DNA from: Octopus sinensis
Taxonomy: Eukaryota
Length of the DNA: 64,000 nucleotides
Assembly: GCF_006345805.1 (NCBI RefSeq)
Contig: NC_043001.1
Location: 32,426,001 to 32,490,000, forward strand
Reading direction: 5' to 3'
This document shows positions 22,119-35,545 of this stretch, piece by piece (position 1 is the first letter of the stretch; each line of letters opens with the position of its first letter). The notes beneath the pieces are model-generated. The model did not search any database. It saw only the letters and a program-made list of their open reading frames with translations, and was not told the DNA's origin. Both the position numbers and the translations under genes were made by a program.

Positions 22119-22864
22119 GATTATGACTCTGTGTATGTGTATGTGTGTGTGTGTGTGCGTTTGAGCTGTGGAATGTGTGTAAAAGTCATAACGGAAGAGA
22201 GATATGTATATGTATATATAAGAGTTCATGTGCCTGCTTTTATGATTACATAGGCGTGAATAGGTATTTACTTAAAATCATTCAATGTTATATACATGTA
22301 TCTGTGTGTGTGTGTGTGTGTGTGTGTGTATAGACAGATGGCTACTGCACACATGACCATAATAAATAAATCAATAGAAAATATTTTAAATTCTTGTTGC
22401 TAATTACTTTGTTAAAATACCGAATTCGTAATTAGTGTTAGTAAATTACTAGCACTAAACTACCGGACAAATTACTGTAAATTGCTAGATGCCTAATTAG
22501 TAAAATTACCCTGACTCATGGTTAATACCATATCAACACACCTAATTGAGCACACGGTTAAGTGATTTAAGTATTGTGCTTAGAAACCCCAATTCGTCTT
22601 AATATTGAAGACTCAAACTGCCGAATTTCTGATATAAACCAGATTATTTCTATAACAAAGTTACAGTTTACTCAGTCTGAGAAGTTAGGCTGAGTTGCTG
22701 TTGTTTTGTTTCTATTGTTGTAGTGTAGCCTAGGTCAGCAGTTTTGGAAGAATGAATGAATGAATCTTACTCCAGTAGTGGACGAAGATTAAATCTTACG
22801 TCCATTCTGGCTGGACGTGATTGGGGTGGGGGAGACCTCTAAAGACTCGACTTCACCTTAGAGT

Positions 22865-22950
22865 ATGCAGATGGGTTGGCATGGGACCGCCAGTGACGGA
22901 GAGCACTGGAGGCCCTGATCAGTTCTACGCATGAGGAAGCCTCTGGAACC
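22865..22950 (+). mobile_element. Possible RTE-type LINE C-terminal remnant
   Basis: Translation GLAWDRQ*RRALEALISSTHEEA resembles the A.DR..WR.LV.AL..T..EE ending of RTE-clade ORFs. The match is short. Confidence 0.35.
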
Positions 22951-23113
22951 ACTATCTTGGAATGACCCCTGTCCCACCAAGCAAGAAGATGAAACCAAGC
23001 AAAGCCAAGGAGTGCATTGCTTGATGCAGATTTTCGTTCTTTTTGTGAATAAGTAACTGGAAAGAGACTCTGTTGTCACTCTTCAACGTCGATGTTGCTG
23101 ATGTTGGTCGTGA

Positions 23114-23336
23114 GCTGGCAGAAACGTTAGCACGCCGGGCGGAATGCGTAGCCGTATTTCGTCTGTCGTTACGTTCTGAGTTCAAATTCCGCCGAGGTCG
23201 ACTTTGTCTTTCATCCTTTCGGGGTCGATTAAGTAAGTACCAGTTACGCACTGGGGTCGACATAATCAACCCAATCCCTTTGTCTGTCCTTGTTCGTCCT
23301 CTCCGTGTTTAGCCCTTTGTGGGTAGTAAAGAAATG
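23114..23336 (+). mobile_element. SINE family B monomer with 15-bp TSD
   Basis: Flanked by TGATGTTGGTCGTGA (23099-23113) and TGATGTCGGTCGTGA (23337-23351). Confidence 0.9.
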
Positions 23337-24317
23337 TGATGTCGGTCGTGACGTAAAATAAAGAATGAGCAACCGGTAGGTTATGGATTTGTGTTGTTTT
23401 AGCTCAAACTTACATTATGCTCATTACACGAATTGTAATTCTGAAATGATTCGGCCGACTCAACTGTAAATACTTTTCGATAAAATTTCAGAGGAGATAC
23501 TCACCCCTACAAGTAATGTTATGATAGATTTTTAGGATTTTACAAATGTTTTTTTCTTGCTACAGAACTGAGGGCAGTTCGGCAGTTTCTTCAGGCGTAA
23601 AAGTTTACCTGCTAATAGACAGGTATACTGTTTAGAAGTTGGAGGATTGTTATTCATCATCTAGTTAAAGTCACAAATCTAGAGTTAAATCCACTCATGT
23701 TGTCATGTACTAAATTTATAAACACAGCGGTAGCAAATAAGTCAAGGCATTCGATAGTGATATGAAATAGCGACCATTTTAAATATTATGTGAAGGTATG
23801 TATGCTCCAATTTGACTGGCCAATGCTTTTCATGTCTATAACTAAAAGTTTGCCTAAAGGCACGTCTTATCATGGAGGAGGTCTTAAGGTATGTGAATTC
23901 ATATATATTTTCTATTTTTTCATCTATTTTTATTTTTATTTTATAAAGCTCAATTTCAACCATCTCTTGAGTTATTCATACGCAACATTTCTAATGAGGA
24001 TTGGCAGCATTGGAAATGCATATGATTGTAGGTGTTAATAAATCCAGTTACTACTGGTAATATTAATTATAGGGAATACTATTAAAATATTGAAGAGTTT
24101 AAATAGTTAACTCGCCCATCGTAAAGATGTTTTGTAGTTCGATGATATTATCATTTAGTAGACAAAAGCCTGAGAATATTTAATGTTATGAATGCTTGAT
24201 ATATTTGCCTGCTATGTTTAATAAACTGGACAGGAATTTATTTTTAAATACGCACGTCATGAGACAAGGGACAATAGCCTTAATCTTCACTAGCTTTCCA
24301 AGTAATGTTGTTATATA

Positions 24318-24621
24318 TGTTTTGTTTGTTCCTTCTCGAGCCATGCCCGGCTCATAAGAGCCGTTTTCCCGGTTTCCTTGGCGTATAGGTTCCCCACCTG
24401 GAAGGGACGCCGGTCCGTCGCAGGTGAGCTGCAAGATGCAGGAGGAAAGAGTGAGAGAAAGTTATGGCGAAAGAGTCAGCAGAAGTTCGCCATTACCTTC
24501 TGCCGGAGCCGCGTGGAGCTTAGGTGTTTTCGCTCATAAACACACACCCGGTCTGAGATTCGAACCCGCGATCCCTCGACCGCGAATCCGCTGCTCTAAC
24601 CATTAGGCCATGTGCCTCCAC
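24318..24621 (-). mobile_element. tRNA-derived SINE family C, tail type 1
   Basis: Minus: GTGGAGGCACATGGCCTAATGGTTAGAGCAGCGGATTCGCGG..GGGTTCGAATCTC (A/B boxes, tRNA-Arg-like), a CORE-like TTTATGAGCGAAAACACCTAA, and an (AAAC)n tail. Confidence 0.88.
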
Positions 24622-25284
24622 TTTCCACGTAATGGTATTGATGTAATCAATTCCTCCCCGGAATTTCTACAGATTAATGTCTCCAAAAAAAGCAAACCTT
24701 CTTGGCGAGGAAACTGGGAAGTCTTTCCTGGTATGATATAATAAAGTGAACTCCGTTTTACGTCTTCTGGTATTCATGTTATTACAGTTTGCGCATATCG
24801 AGTGGCGGCGAGTGGTGACTTGTAGCGGCCAGGTGAAACTGATGCAATGTCACAACTTGGCTGGTATTTGGTTTGCATGAAGATTTATTCTTTTGTAATT
24901 ATATCTTGTCAGGTTACATTGATGATCATCCGCAGGTTTCGTTGGTGAGATGTATCCAGATTGTTGATGATGTTATTTGATATCTTTCACGCGTGACCGC
25001 TGAACAGAATCGTTGGTAGAACTATTACACCATATATCTGAACTCTTATGTCAGACACTGAAATTGGATGCGGACACTGAAATACACCCCTGCTTAGCTG
25101 CTCGACTTTCGCCACCACTTATGGAAGCAGAAAATGGGATGAGACTTGTATAACTACATTTTATACATTCATACATAATTCGCGGATACATGCATGCATA
25201 CACACACATTTATATGCATATTATATATATATATATATATGCATATTATTATAATATATATATATAATAATAAGTATATATATA

Positions 25285-25328
<44 letters not shown>

Positions 25329-26383
25329 CATATATATCTACATACCTACATATATATATATATACATACATATATTATATATATATACATACATATAATA
25401 TATAATAATATCATATATATATTATCATATACTATATATAAATATAATTTTAAAATAGGATAAAATCTTCATAAGAAATTATCAAGTAGTTAGCGTGAAA
25501 AACCTCATAAGAGAAAAAAATCTGTACATTTTTTTCCACTTGAATATATTTATTTATATTATATAGAGGGCATTCGGTACAATATGTTTATTTTGGTAGT
25601 TTTGACTTTAAGAGTCCCTCTTAGCGTGCGGCATTTATGTGTAATAATGCCCTCTATATAATATATATATATATATATATGTTATAAATAATAGTCAATA
25701 CATAATTTTTCTTTATTAAAGCAAATCTGGCTTACAGTTGTTTCCAGTAGTCATTATTGGTACATTACAGATAAGTTTACTCAATCGGTCTATTGGTCAG
25801 TTGAGAAAAATTGAACGACCTACAAAAATTAATGCTACTTTCGTCAGAGCCATTTCTGGTTATAACGAAGCAGAACACTGAATGAATGGTGAGTGCATAT
25901 ATATGCATGCATACATAAAATACCATAACATGTAAATTTAAATCACTCATACTGTTAGTTTTAATTTTAATGAAACTGCAAGAAACGTATAATTAAAATA
26001 AAACTATGAATAATGCAAGAATTAATGTCGAAAAGAGGATGGTAATTATTTGTTTTAAAGCATATAAAATATGATTAAATATTAAACTGTCCGAGAGATT
26101 ATGAACTTCTCATTGCCAATGTTGATGATATTACCATGTTTTGGTGGCTTGGTAACATTAATAAAATGTTGGGAATATGCGGTATATTACGGTATTTAGT
26201 TACATACTTTGTACCTCGTGGATCGCAAATGCTGCTGAAGTAAGTTCACTCTTTTATCATTCTAGGGGGATAAACATTTGCCTCTACGTTTCATTTGGCT
26301 TGATCGCCAATTAAATAGCTTAGAAACTATTTCATATTTAAAGCTAAAATTACGTGTGTGAATAATAATATTCGTATGTCAAA

Positions 26384-26773
26384 AGCGGCGAGCTGTTAGA
26401 ATCGTTAGCACGCCGGACGAAATGCTTAGCAGTATTTCGTCTGCCGCTACGTTCTGAGTTCAAATTCCGCCGAGGTCGACTTTGCCTTTCATCCTTTCGG
26501 AGTCGATTAAATAAGTACCAGTTACGCACTGGAGTCGATATAATTGACTTAATCCGTTTGTCTGTCCTTGTTTATCCTCCGTGTGTTTAGCCCCATGTGG
26601 GTAGTAAAGAAATAGGTGTTTCGTCTACCTTTACGTTCTAAGTTCAAATTCCGCCGAGGTCGACTTTGCCTTTCATCCTTTCGGGGTCTATAAATTAAGT
26701 ATAGTTGCTGGGTCGATCTAAGCGACTGACCCCCTCGCTCAAAATTTCGGGCCTTCTGCCGAGAGTAGAAAAG
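26384..26773 (+). mobile_element. SINE family B dimer (unit with tail X plus unit with tail Y), 20-bp TSD
   Basis: AATAATATTCGTATGTCAAA at 26364-26383 and 26774-26793. Confidence 0.93.
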
Positions 26774-27249
26774 AATAATATTCGTATGTCAAATATGATT
26801 CCAAAAATTCACGGAAGATGAGTAAATGAAATGGTCAAGAAGATGGTCAACAAAATGCTTGACCCCCAACTCTTGTATCATCTCTTTTTTCAGTACAGAC
26901 TGCTGCTTCAGGTAATGGTTTCTACTTCTTGTTGACTGACAAAGCGGAATTGTGAATTGGTTAAAACATTAGACTATCAGATGTGATCGTGAGTTAAGTT
27001 TCGTGACAGAATATTTCGTGGCGATACTGAATAATAAATGGAATTCATCCTTCCACAAACTGTTGCAAGATAAACACCAAATCTAAAGAGATTTAGAAAC
27101 ATAAAGAGCAGGCGATTTATACCAAGGGATATTTGTTTTTCATACACTAAATGTCATAGAACGTCCCTAATAATTCAGTCTATGTGTACATTGCGTAAAC
27201 AATGAGAAACTACATGAGAAAATGAGCGACACACTTCGTACGAAAAAAA

Positions 27250-27385
27250 AATTCTTTTTTACTCTAGGTACAAGGGGAGAGGGGCAGTCGATTAGATCAA
27301 CCTCAGTACGCAACTGGTACTCAATTTAACGATCCTGAAAGGTTGAAAGGCAAAGTCGACCTCGGCGAAATTTGAACTCAGAACA
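27250..27385 (-). mobile_element. SINE family B fragment
   Basis: CAGTACGCAACTGGTAC..GAAAGGCAAAGTCGACCTCGGCGAAATTTGAACTCAGAAC. Confidence 0.85.
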
Positions 27386-27659
27386 ACATAAACGATAAAA
27401 AGTATTATTTACGCCGTGGCTCAGTTTGCTAGAAAAAGTGTCCAAATGTCTCCCAGTTCACGCCTTGTCGTTTTAGAGAAAAGAAGAGATACATTACATA
27501 TTTTAGATTTTTGGCAAACTGTGACGAGAAGTGGAAACCATAGCACCAATTCATCATCTCTTATTAGGTGTCAAAAAACAAACGCAACAACAAATATTTT
27601 ACGCAAGCTTACTCCACACCTGTGTGTGTGTGTATGTGTGTGTGTGTGTATGTGGTTGT

Positions 27660-27810
27660 GTGTCTTTTAACTTTTACTTCTTTCAGTCATTAGACCGCGA
27701 CCATTCTGGGGTGCCGTCTTGAGGAATTTTAGTCGAACGAATCGATCCCAGTAACTACTCTTTTTAAACCTGTTACTTACTCCATCGGTTCCTTTTGCCG
27801 AACTGCTGCG
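27660..27810 (-). mobile_element. SINE family A 3' fragment
   Basis: CTTTTACTTCTTTCAGTCATTAGACCGCGACCAT..TTTTGCCGAAC. Confidence 0.75.
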
Positions 27811-27897
27811 TTACTAGAACGCATGCATATTGTATGTATGTATGTATGTATGATGTATTGTATGATGTATGTGTATGTATGTAGTATGTATGTATGA

Positions 27898-27945
<48 letters not shown>

Positions 27946-28007
27946 GTAATATACATTTATATATATATATTATATATATAATATAATATATAATATATAA
28001 TATAATA

Positions 28008-28500
28008 TAGTGTGTCCCAGATGTGACTGATGGGTTTAAATTTTTAACTAACTCCTTAAGATTACAAATAAATGCATGAAATTTTGATACATATAAAGGG
28101 CATCAAATGGAAATCAATGCGCACAAGTCAAGTTTTGAAACACTTCCACATCACATATGAAAAATAACATCGATTAAATGGCAGCCATATATAATATATA
28201 TGTACTGTGGTCAAAGGCTGCGTGACGCTCAATTATGAATAAATAAAATTTAAAAAAATACACATTGTCTACAGGACATCACCAACGAGTTCAAAATACG
28301 TAGACACACGATAGAAAAGTACAGGACAAAATACCAAAAGAAAATAACTCCTTATCAGTTATTGGACTGTTTATTACTACCTGTTTGGTGCCTTTATTAA
28401 TTTTATTACTCCTATTTCGTGCGAAGTCGAAAATGGCTGCCATTTAAGTGATGTCATTTTTCATAAGTGACGTAGAGTGTTGCAAAACTTGACTTGTGCT
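28008..28500. mobile_element. Non-autonomous DNA transposon with long inverted ends (right end truncated)
   Basis: GCACAAGTCAAGTTTTG..AAATGGCAGCCAT (28101-28190) is mirrored at 28432-28500. The left end TAGTGTGTCCCAGAT resembles a Tc1/mariner terminus. Confidence 0.65.
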
Positions 28501-28686
28501 TACATATGTTTATACGCATATATATTTTTTATGTTTATATATATATATATATTATATATATATATATATAATATATAATATATATATATATATCTTTATA
28601 TGGTTACATATATATATATATGCATATGCTACAATATATATCCATATATATGTATGTATATATATATGTGTGTGTGTGTGTGTGTT

Positions 28687-28721
<35 letters not shown>

Positions 28722-29415
28722 GTATATACATGCATGCATACATGCATATACATATATACGTATATTATATATATATATATATTATATATATGTATAAACA
28801 TGCATGCGTACATACATACATATATATATATGTATGTGTATATATATGTGTGTATATATATATATGTATATATATTTGATGTGAATATAAATCTCCCTAA
28901 TATTTTGATGAGTTCATCATTGACTACAGCTAACGATCAATTTGGATCGCTCATTGAATATACCTCTATAGCTGAGAGGTCAGGTTGATTTTTTTTTATC
29001 ATTGATTATCTCTCTCTCCGTTTCATTGGTGACTACTAATGTATATCGATTTCACTGGTCAGTTTGACTGATTATCAGGCGCTTCTTAGAGCAATAGGGT
29101 TGACTAATATATGGATATATATACTGTGGCAGCATAGGAACACTAGTTCGAGACTAACCACGTGTTACTTATTTCATCTGATTATCGTTTAGCATAAAGC
29201 TACTTTTTTATACTGCACTTGGCAAGGTGATTGAGGACATTTTCTTTCAACTATGAGCTTCCTGTTTCAATCTCACTGCATGTCACCTTTGACAAGTGTA
29301 GTCTAGCATGAGATAGGGTGGACCAATATATTGTGAACAGAATTTTCGTAATATGCCTATATTTCTGTACATGCATACACACACCCCTACACCCACACAT
29401 GTATGTACGTGTGCA

Positions 29416-29567
29416 TGAGTGGCTGTGTGGTAAGTAGCTTGCTTACCAACAACATGGTTCCGGGTTCATTTCCACTACGTGGCACTTTCGGCGTCTTATA
29501 CTATAGCCTCGGGCCGACCAAGCCTTGTGAGTGGATTTGGTAGGCGGAAACTGAAAGAAGTCCGTTG

Positions 29568-29638
<71 letters not shown>

Positions 29639-29850
29639 GTGTGTGTCTATATTATATGTCTGTGTTTGTCCCCCAACATCGCTTGACAACCGATGCTGGT
29701 GTGTTTACATCCCCGTAACTTAGCGTTCGGCAAAAGAGACCGATAGAATAAGTACTAGGTTTCCCAAAAATATGTTCTGGGGTCGATTTTCTCGATTAAA
29801 GGTGGTGCTCCATCATGGCCGAAGTCAAATGACTGAAACAAGTAAAAGAA
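29416..29850 (+). mobile_element. SINE family A, near full length
   Basis: Head, internal (TA)n, 3' half and GACTGAAACAAGTAAAAGA tail. Confidence 0.93.
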
Positions 29851-29858
29851 TATATGTA

Positions 29859-29901
<43 letters not shown>

Positions 29902-30457
29902 GTATACACACACACACACACACAAACGCACACACACACACACACACACACATATATTGTATCTATTACATGTATATAAGAAATTGCAGGATTCATTGCT
30001 AGATGATTTTATTGATACTTAAATACTAACGTCATAATTGTACTCAATATCTTGAGGCAGAGCTAATTAACAGACGTGTACATTTGAACATCTACCTATA
30101 CTGGAAACGATATTTGCGTGCGAAGTTATCAGCATCGTAAAAATCACTGTTGCTGTTTCAGTTGCCCCATTGACAGAACCTGTAGAGAGTCATCGAATTA
30201 TATGTGCCGTGTTATAATAATTTCTCAAATTTATTTAACGTTACAGAATAGAATCGTCAGACTTGTAAATTCTTTATTATGGATTACACAAGTACCAATA
30301 ACTTTTGTTTTCGATTTAATAGACAGTTCTCCTCATAGCAGCATTTCGAAGTTGTAAATATGTAATATTTTCATATCATTACAGGCTGAAGTGACGTAAG
30401 CAAAATATATTTAGATTAAAATATATTCCTTTCAATTCTAATTTTTAACGAAGAGTT

Positions 30458-31004
30458 GGGGCTAATGCAGTTTCGCAGCTCTCCTTGAAATATGTATTTT
30501 TTTGAAAACAATTTTTTTCGGATTCCTTTATTTTTGATGTCGGAGATTTACGAATATACAAAAATAAAATGTTTTTTTTAATCTAATCCACACACACACC
30601 CTCCAATTAAAATTTTTGATTTTATTTACTTTAAAGAGATCGTAGCGAATTGACGAACAAATGCAAATCGAAATTAAATACATACAAAAACATTAAAGTG
30701 AAAAGAATTTGCGTTTTACTTGTTTGTCTTAAATAATCAAAAATAATAATTGAATGTAAATTAAATATACAACAATTTATGAGAAACAAACATTAAAGCT
30801 TAATAATTAATGTTATAAAGTTTAATAAGGGGCTCAAATTTCACCCCCTCTCCCAATTTTAAATTTTGAACTTTTCTATCCATTTATTTATTTATCTGTC
30901 TATCTATTTATCCCTGTCGTAATCTCCGACATCTGAAACGTAGGAATCCGACGAAATTTTTTCAAAAAAATGCATTTTTCGAGGTGCGATTCTGCATCAA
31001 CACC
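30458..31004. mobile_element. MITE with ~90-bp imperfect TIRs
   Basis: ATGCAG..ATTTTTTTGAAAA..TCGGATTCCT..GATGTCGGAGATT(T)ACGA on the left is mirrored at ~30917-31004. Confidence 0.8.
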
Positions 31005-31131
31005 GATGAGTTTTATTCAAGCGCGAGCGATAAGTACCAGTTATGTAATGGGGTCTTGTTCACTAAACCTGTCGTGCTTCGAAATGAATTAAATTGTGCC
31101 TATGCAGGAAGCAGTTATGATTATCATTATT

Positions 31132-31345
31132 CTTTTCTACTCTTGGTACAATACCCGAAATTTTGGGGGAGCGGGCCAGTCGATTAGATCGGCCCCAGTA
31201 CGCAACTGGTACTTAATTTTATCGACTCCGAAAGAATGAAAGGCAAAGTCGACCTCGGCAGAATTTGAACTCAGAACGTAAAGACATGAATTACCGCTAA
31301 GCATTTCGCCCGGTGTGCTAACGTTTCTGCCAGCTCGCCGCCTTA
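31132..31345 (-). mobile_element. SINE family B monomer, tail Y (degraded plus copy follows at 31380-31500)
   Basis: Reverse complement of head, body and tail Y. Confidence 0.9.
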
Positions 31346-33222
31346 TGATTATCATTATTAGAACCTGACAACTGTGACGGATAAATTGCTTAGCGGCATT
31401 TCTTTCGGCATTTTACCTTTTGAATTCAAATGCCAACGAGATCGACTTTGCATTTGTTCCTTGAGTTCGGGTGTCAATGTAATCGACTTCGTCCTCCTAT
31501 CATGATTGCTGCTTTTGTACCAGAATTAGAATGAATTATTAGAGCGTATGAGAAGAGCAATCTGGCGAAATGGTTAAAATATAGAAACAAATAATTTTAC
31601 GGCAATACTTCAGGTTCTTTGAATTCTGAATTCAAATATAGGAAAGGTCAACTTTGCATGTCATTCTTTGAGGATTAATAAAATAATGTGCCAATTAAGT
31701 ACTAGAGTTGATGGTATATATTAAATCCCCACGCAAAATTGCTGGACTTATGCTTAAAGCAGAAATCATTATTTGATACTTGGATTGTGAATGCGCAGTT
31801 TGGCGATTTACGGTCATCTCCGGTGTCGATGGCACTAATGTTTTTCCTAAAATAAGTTTCGAATATTTTCCTTGCTTTATAGAGGATGGAGATTAATTTT
31901 CATAAGCTCATTTTATTCTCAGAGATGTACTGTCTATGCTAATCTTACCATGAATTCCACACTGTAAAAGAAACAGAACAACACGCAGACTATAAGTAAC
32001 CAGAAGGATCTTAATGTTACTATGTTGTAAACAAAATCACTTAGAACAGTGTGAGTGTTTTTGAACCTTGTTTATAGGTTTATGTCATGTTTAAAATTGA
32101 TGTCCAAATCTAAATTCATGCTCAGTTTCAAGATCGAAGCATTAAGGTACTAAATTATATCCCTTTCTGCGTTGGATTCAAGTACTCCTAGATTTTGACT
32201 TTGACACCGTCTGGAGAGGGCCAAAATCTGCTCCAAACAATCAAGCTGAAATTTGCAGTCTTTTGCTTATGACAGTAATCCATGTTGTCATTGTGAGGAC
32301 AATGGATGTCGAAATAGCTATACTGCCGGAATAAATGCCTTGTAGTACATAGCTCGGGTCTTTCACTTCTAAGTTTAAATCCTGCTGGGTTGGACTTTGT
32401 CTAACAGAAGTGATGAAATAAGTACCAGTTGAGTAACAGTCTATTCAACCATGCAGCGAAGACTTTATTTCACTGATGAGGTTATAGTAAGACATAAACA
32501 TGTCCAGAATTGTTCCCCCTAGTTTCAACACCAGAAATAATAGTGAAAAAAAAATATTAATTATTGAATAATATTTTATTATTCATTTAATCTTTGCATA
32601 GTTATTCACACATATTATTTTAATATATTCCATATATATTAACACTAACTTAATTGTTGCTTTTAATTTAGTTTAGTGAGGTTTTATGCAAAGAAAGGAA
32701 AATAGCAGTGTGAATGCAAGAAATCAGTGATTATTATAGAGGTACTGCTGGCAAAAAATACATAAAAAATGAAGCCTAACCTACACAGTACCCAACATAA
32801 AAAGCAACAACACAAACAACACAAAAAACATCAACAAGACATGTAATAATGGCAATTCACTTTATATTTCCCACCTCGGAGTTGAATGTCACGGTAAAAT
32901 TATTGTTAGATTGTTTAGTAAATAAATTAGAATATATTTTAGTTTTGTAAAGTCAATTAATATAGGGATTGGCTCACTTTTTAAACCTCAATTCAAAAAT
33001 TGTCACTTAGCTTTATAAAATATTAATATTTCTTTCACAGAATTACCATTCAATTATTCTGTTGCAGCGGATTTCTGTGTATGCGCATCACCAATTGTAC
33101 GGACATTATATTAACAAGTTTCCTCAAAGAACACATTCCTGTATTTGCATATAAATTCACTCAGCTATTTTATGCGCAAATATTTTCACTGCCTATATTC
33201 CAACGGGTTAATCTAAACGCAG

Positions 33223-33282
<60 letters not shown>

Positions 33283-33592
33283 ATATATAATATATATATA
33301 TATATATATTTATATATAATACATATATGTATGTATATATGTTTGTATGTATGTATGAATATATGTATGTATGCATATATATGTATGTATACATATATAT
33401 GTGTGTGTATGTATGTATGCATATATGTTTGTACATGTATGTGTGTATATATATATACCTACATATACACACACATATATGCATACACACACATATATAT
33501 ATATTTGCATTCATATAGATACATAGATATATTGTTATTATATGTATGTAAACATATATACATATGTATGCATGTGTGTGTATATATATAAG

Positions 33593-33634
<42 letters not shown>

Positions 33635-34259
33635 TCTATAAAAGTTGGTATGTATACGTGTTCATGCAAGTGTATGTGTGTGTGTGTGCGTGTGTATGCA
33701 TGTATGTGTGTGTGTGTGTGTGTGTGTTAATAGATGTATGAATGCAGGTCAGTTTATGAGCGTGTAGCGAATTAACATGCAGTTTGTTTCACAACCTAAT
33801 AACACAAGAAAATGTGAACACATACACACACACACACACATATGCGTGAGCATGCATGTACGTCTGTTTTTCTCTGTTTATGCATAGAAAATGATACTGC
33901 ACACTTTATATACATACATTCATATTCATTTTTTTAAAAAAACACCATCTCCTCCTCCCCACAATGTGGTAAAAAAAAAAGACTAAAAGAGAAAGAGAGA
34001 CAATTAGACTGAGATAGAGAGATGGAGAGAGTAAGGCATAGAGAATCAGTGAGAAAAGTCCATGTGTGTATGTATGAAATTTCTTTGTGTTTACATTCAG
34101 AGGGACATCAAAACAGTAAAATAGCATATTTGCGAGAGAGCAAACCCGGACGTACTTCTGGTAGTATGTGTATAGGAGATGATGTGTGTGTATGTGTTTG
34201 TGTATATGTGTGTGGGTGTGTGTGTGTGTGTGTGTGTTGTGTGTGTGTATGTGAGTGAG

Positions 34260-34301
<42 letters not shown>

Positions 34302-34321
34302 AAGAGGAAAAAATTAACAAT

Positions 34322-34477
34322 ATGGCATTATATAGAGAAACTGCTGCAGCAAAACTGGATCGTGTTGAGCAAGAATATTCTAAAATTCTTCAAGATCGCA
34401 ATTTACAGCTTCCCCACAAGCGATTTAATATGGAAAAGGCAATAGATTATCTAAAGACTATAATTTTGCAACAATAA
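34322..34477 (+). CDS. Candidate small ORF, 51 aa, unknown product
   Basis: MALYRETAAAKLDRVEQEYSKILQDRNLQLPHKRFNMEKAIDYLKTIILQQ*. Start context is ACAATATGG, the composition is non-repetitive, and AATAAA occurs downstream. No homology recognised. Confidence 0.3.
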   Translation: MALYRETAAAKLDRVEQEYSKILQDRNLQLPHKRFNMEKAIDYLKTIILQQ

Positions 34478-35063
34478 AACAAAGTAAAATAACAAAAACA
34501 AAACAAAATAATAAAAAAAATCAAGATAAGAAAGAAATACAGAAAAGAAAATACAGCGTTAATATATATATTTATTTATGTATTTATTTCTGTCTTTTTT
34601 TTTTTTTGCTTTTTTGCATGGTTTTTGTATTTTAGAATTACTTTTCTAAAGATTCTTCCTAGCTTATGTCACCCAACTTTTTAAACGCTTTGGTGAAACT
34701 AGAATAGAAAATAAAGTAAATAAAAAAATTCTTTTATTTATATATTTTTATATCTATTTAATTTTGGTTTATTTATACATTCATTTTTTTTCTTACATCT
34801 TAACCCAGGAACCTATCAAATTGTCAAGCAGAACCGAAGAAGATTGAAAAAGTATGTATGTATGTATGTATGTATGTATGTATGCATGTATGTATGTATG
34901 TATGTATGTATGCATGTATGTATGTATAAATATATATATATATAAATAACATACATACTGGCACATACACAAACACACACATACATAATACTACATACAT
35001 ACATAAATACCATACATACATACATACGTACTATATATATATATATATATGTAGTATATATAT

Positions 35064-35104
<41 letters not shown>

Positions 35105-35282
35105 TGTGTGTGTGTGTATATATATGTGTGTGTGTGTTCATTCTTTAGGAGGTTAGAGTCTTGTTACTAACGATAAATGTGTTTCATACTGGAATTTTAA
35201 ACGAAATTTATTACTAGGGCTAAAAAACAAACGAATAACACCCCAAAAGATAATGGAATAATCAGTTGGGGGTCAGCTGAAG

Positions 35283-35292
35283 ATTATTATTG

Positions 35293-35350
<58 letters not shown>

Positions 35351-35394
35351 TACTATTATTATTATTATTATTGCCATTATTATTATTATTATTA

Positions 35395-35440
<46 letters not shown>

Positions 35441-35483
35441 TATTATTACTATTATTATTATCATCGTCACCATCATTATTATT

Positions 35484-35533
<50 letters not shown>

Positions 35534-35545
35534 TTATTATTATTA
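35283..35545 (+). repeat. (TAT)n microsatellite
   Basis: Read directly from the sequence. Confidence 0.95.

Noticed and set aside
24318-24621. tRNA-like heads of SINE families A, B and C as tRNA genes
   Set aside because: They continue into SINE bodies, are diverged, and I could not fold a complete acceptor stem.
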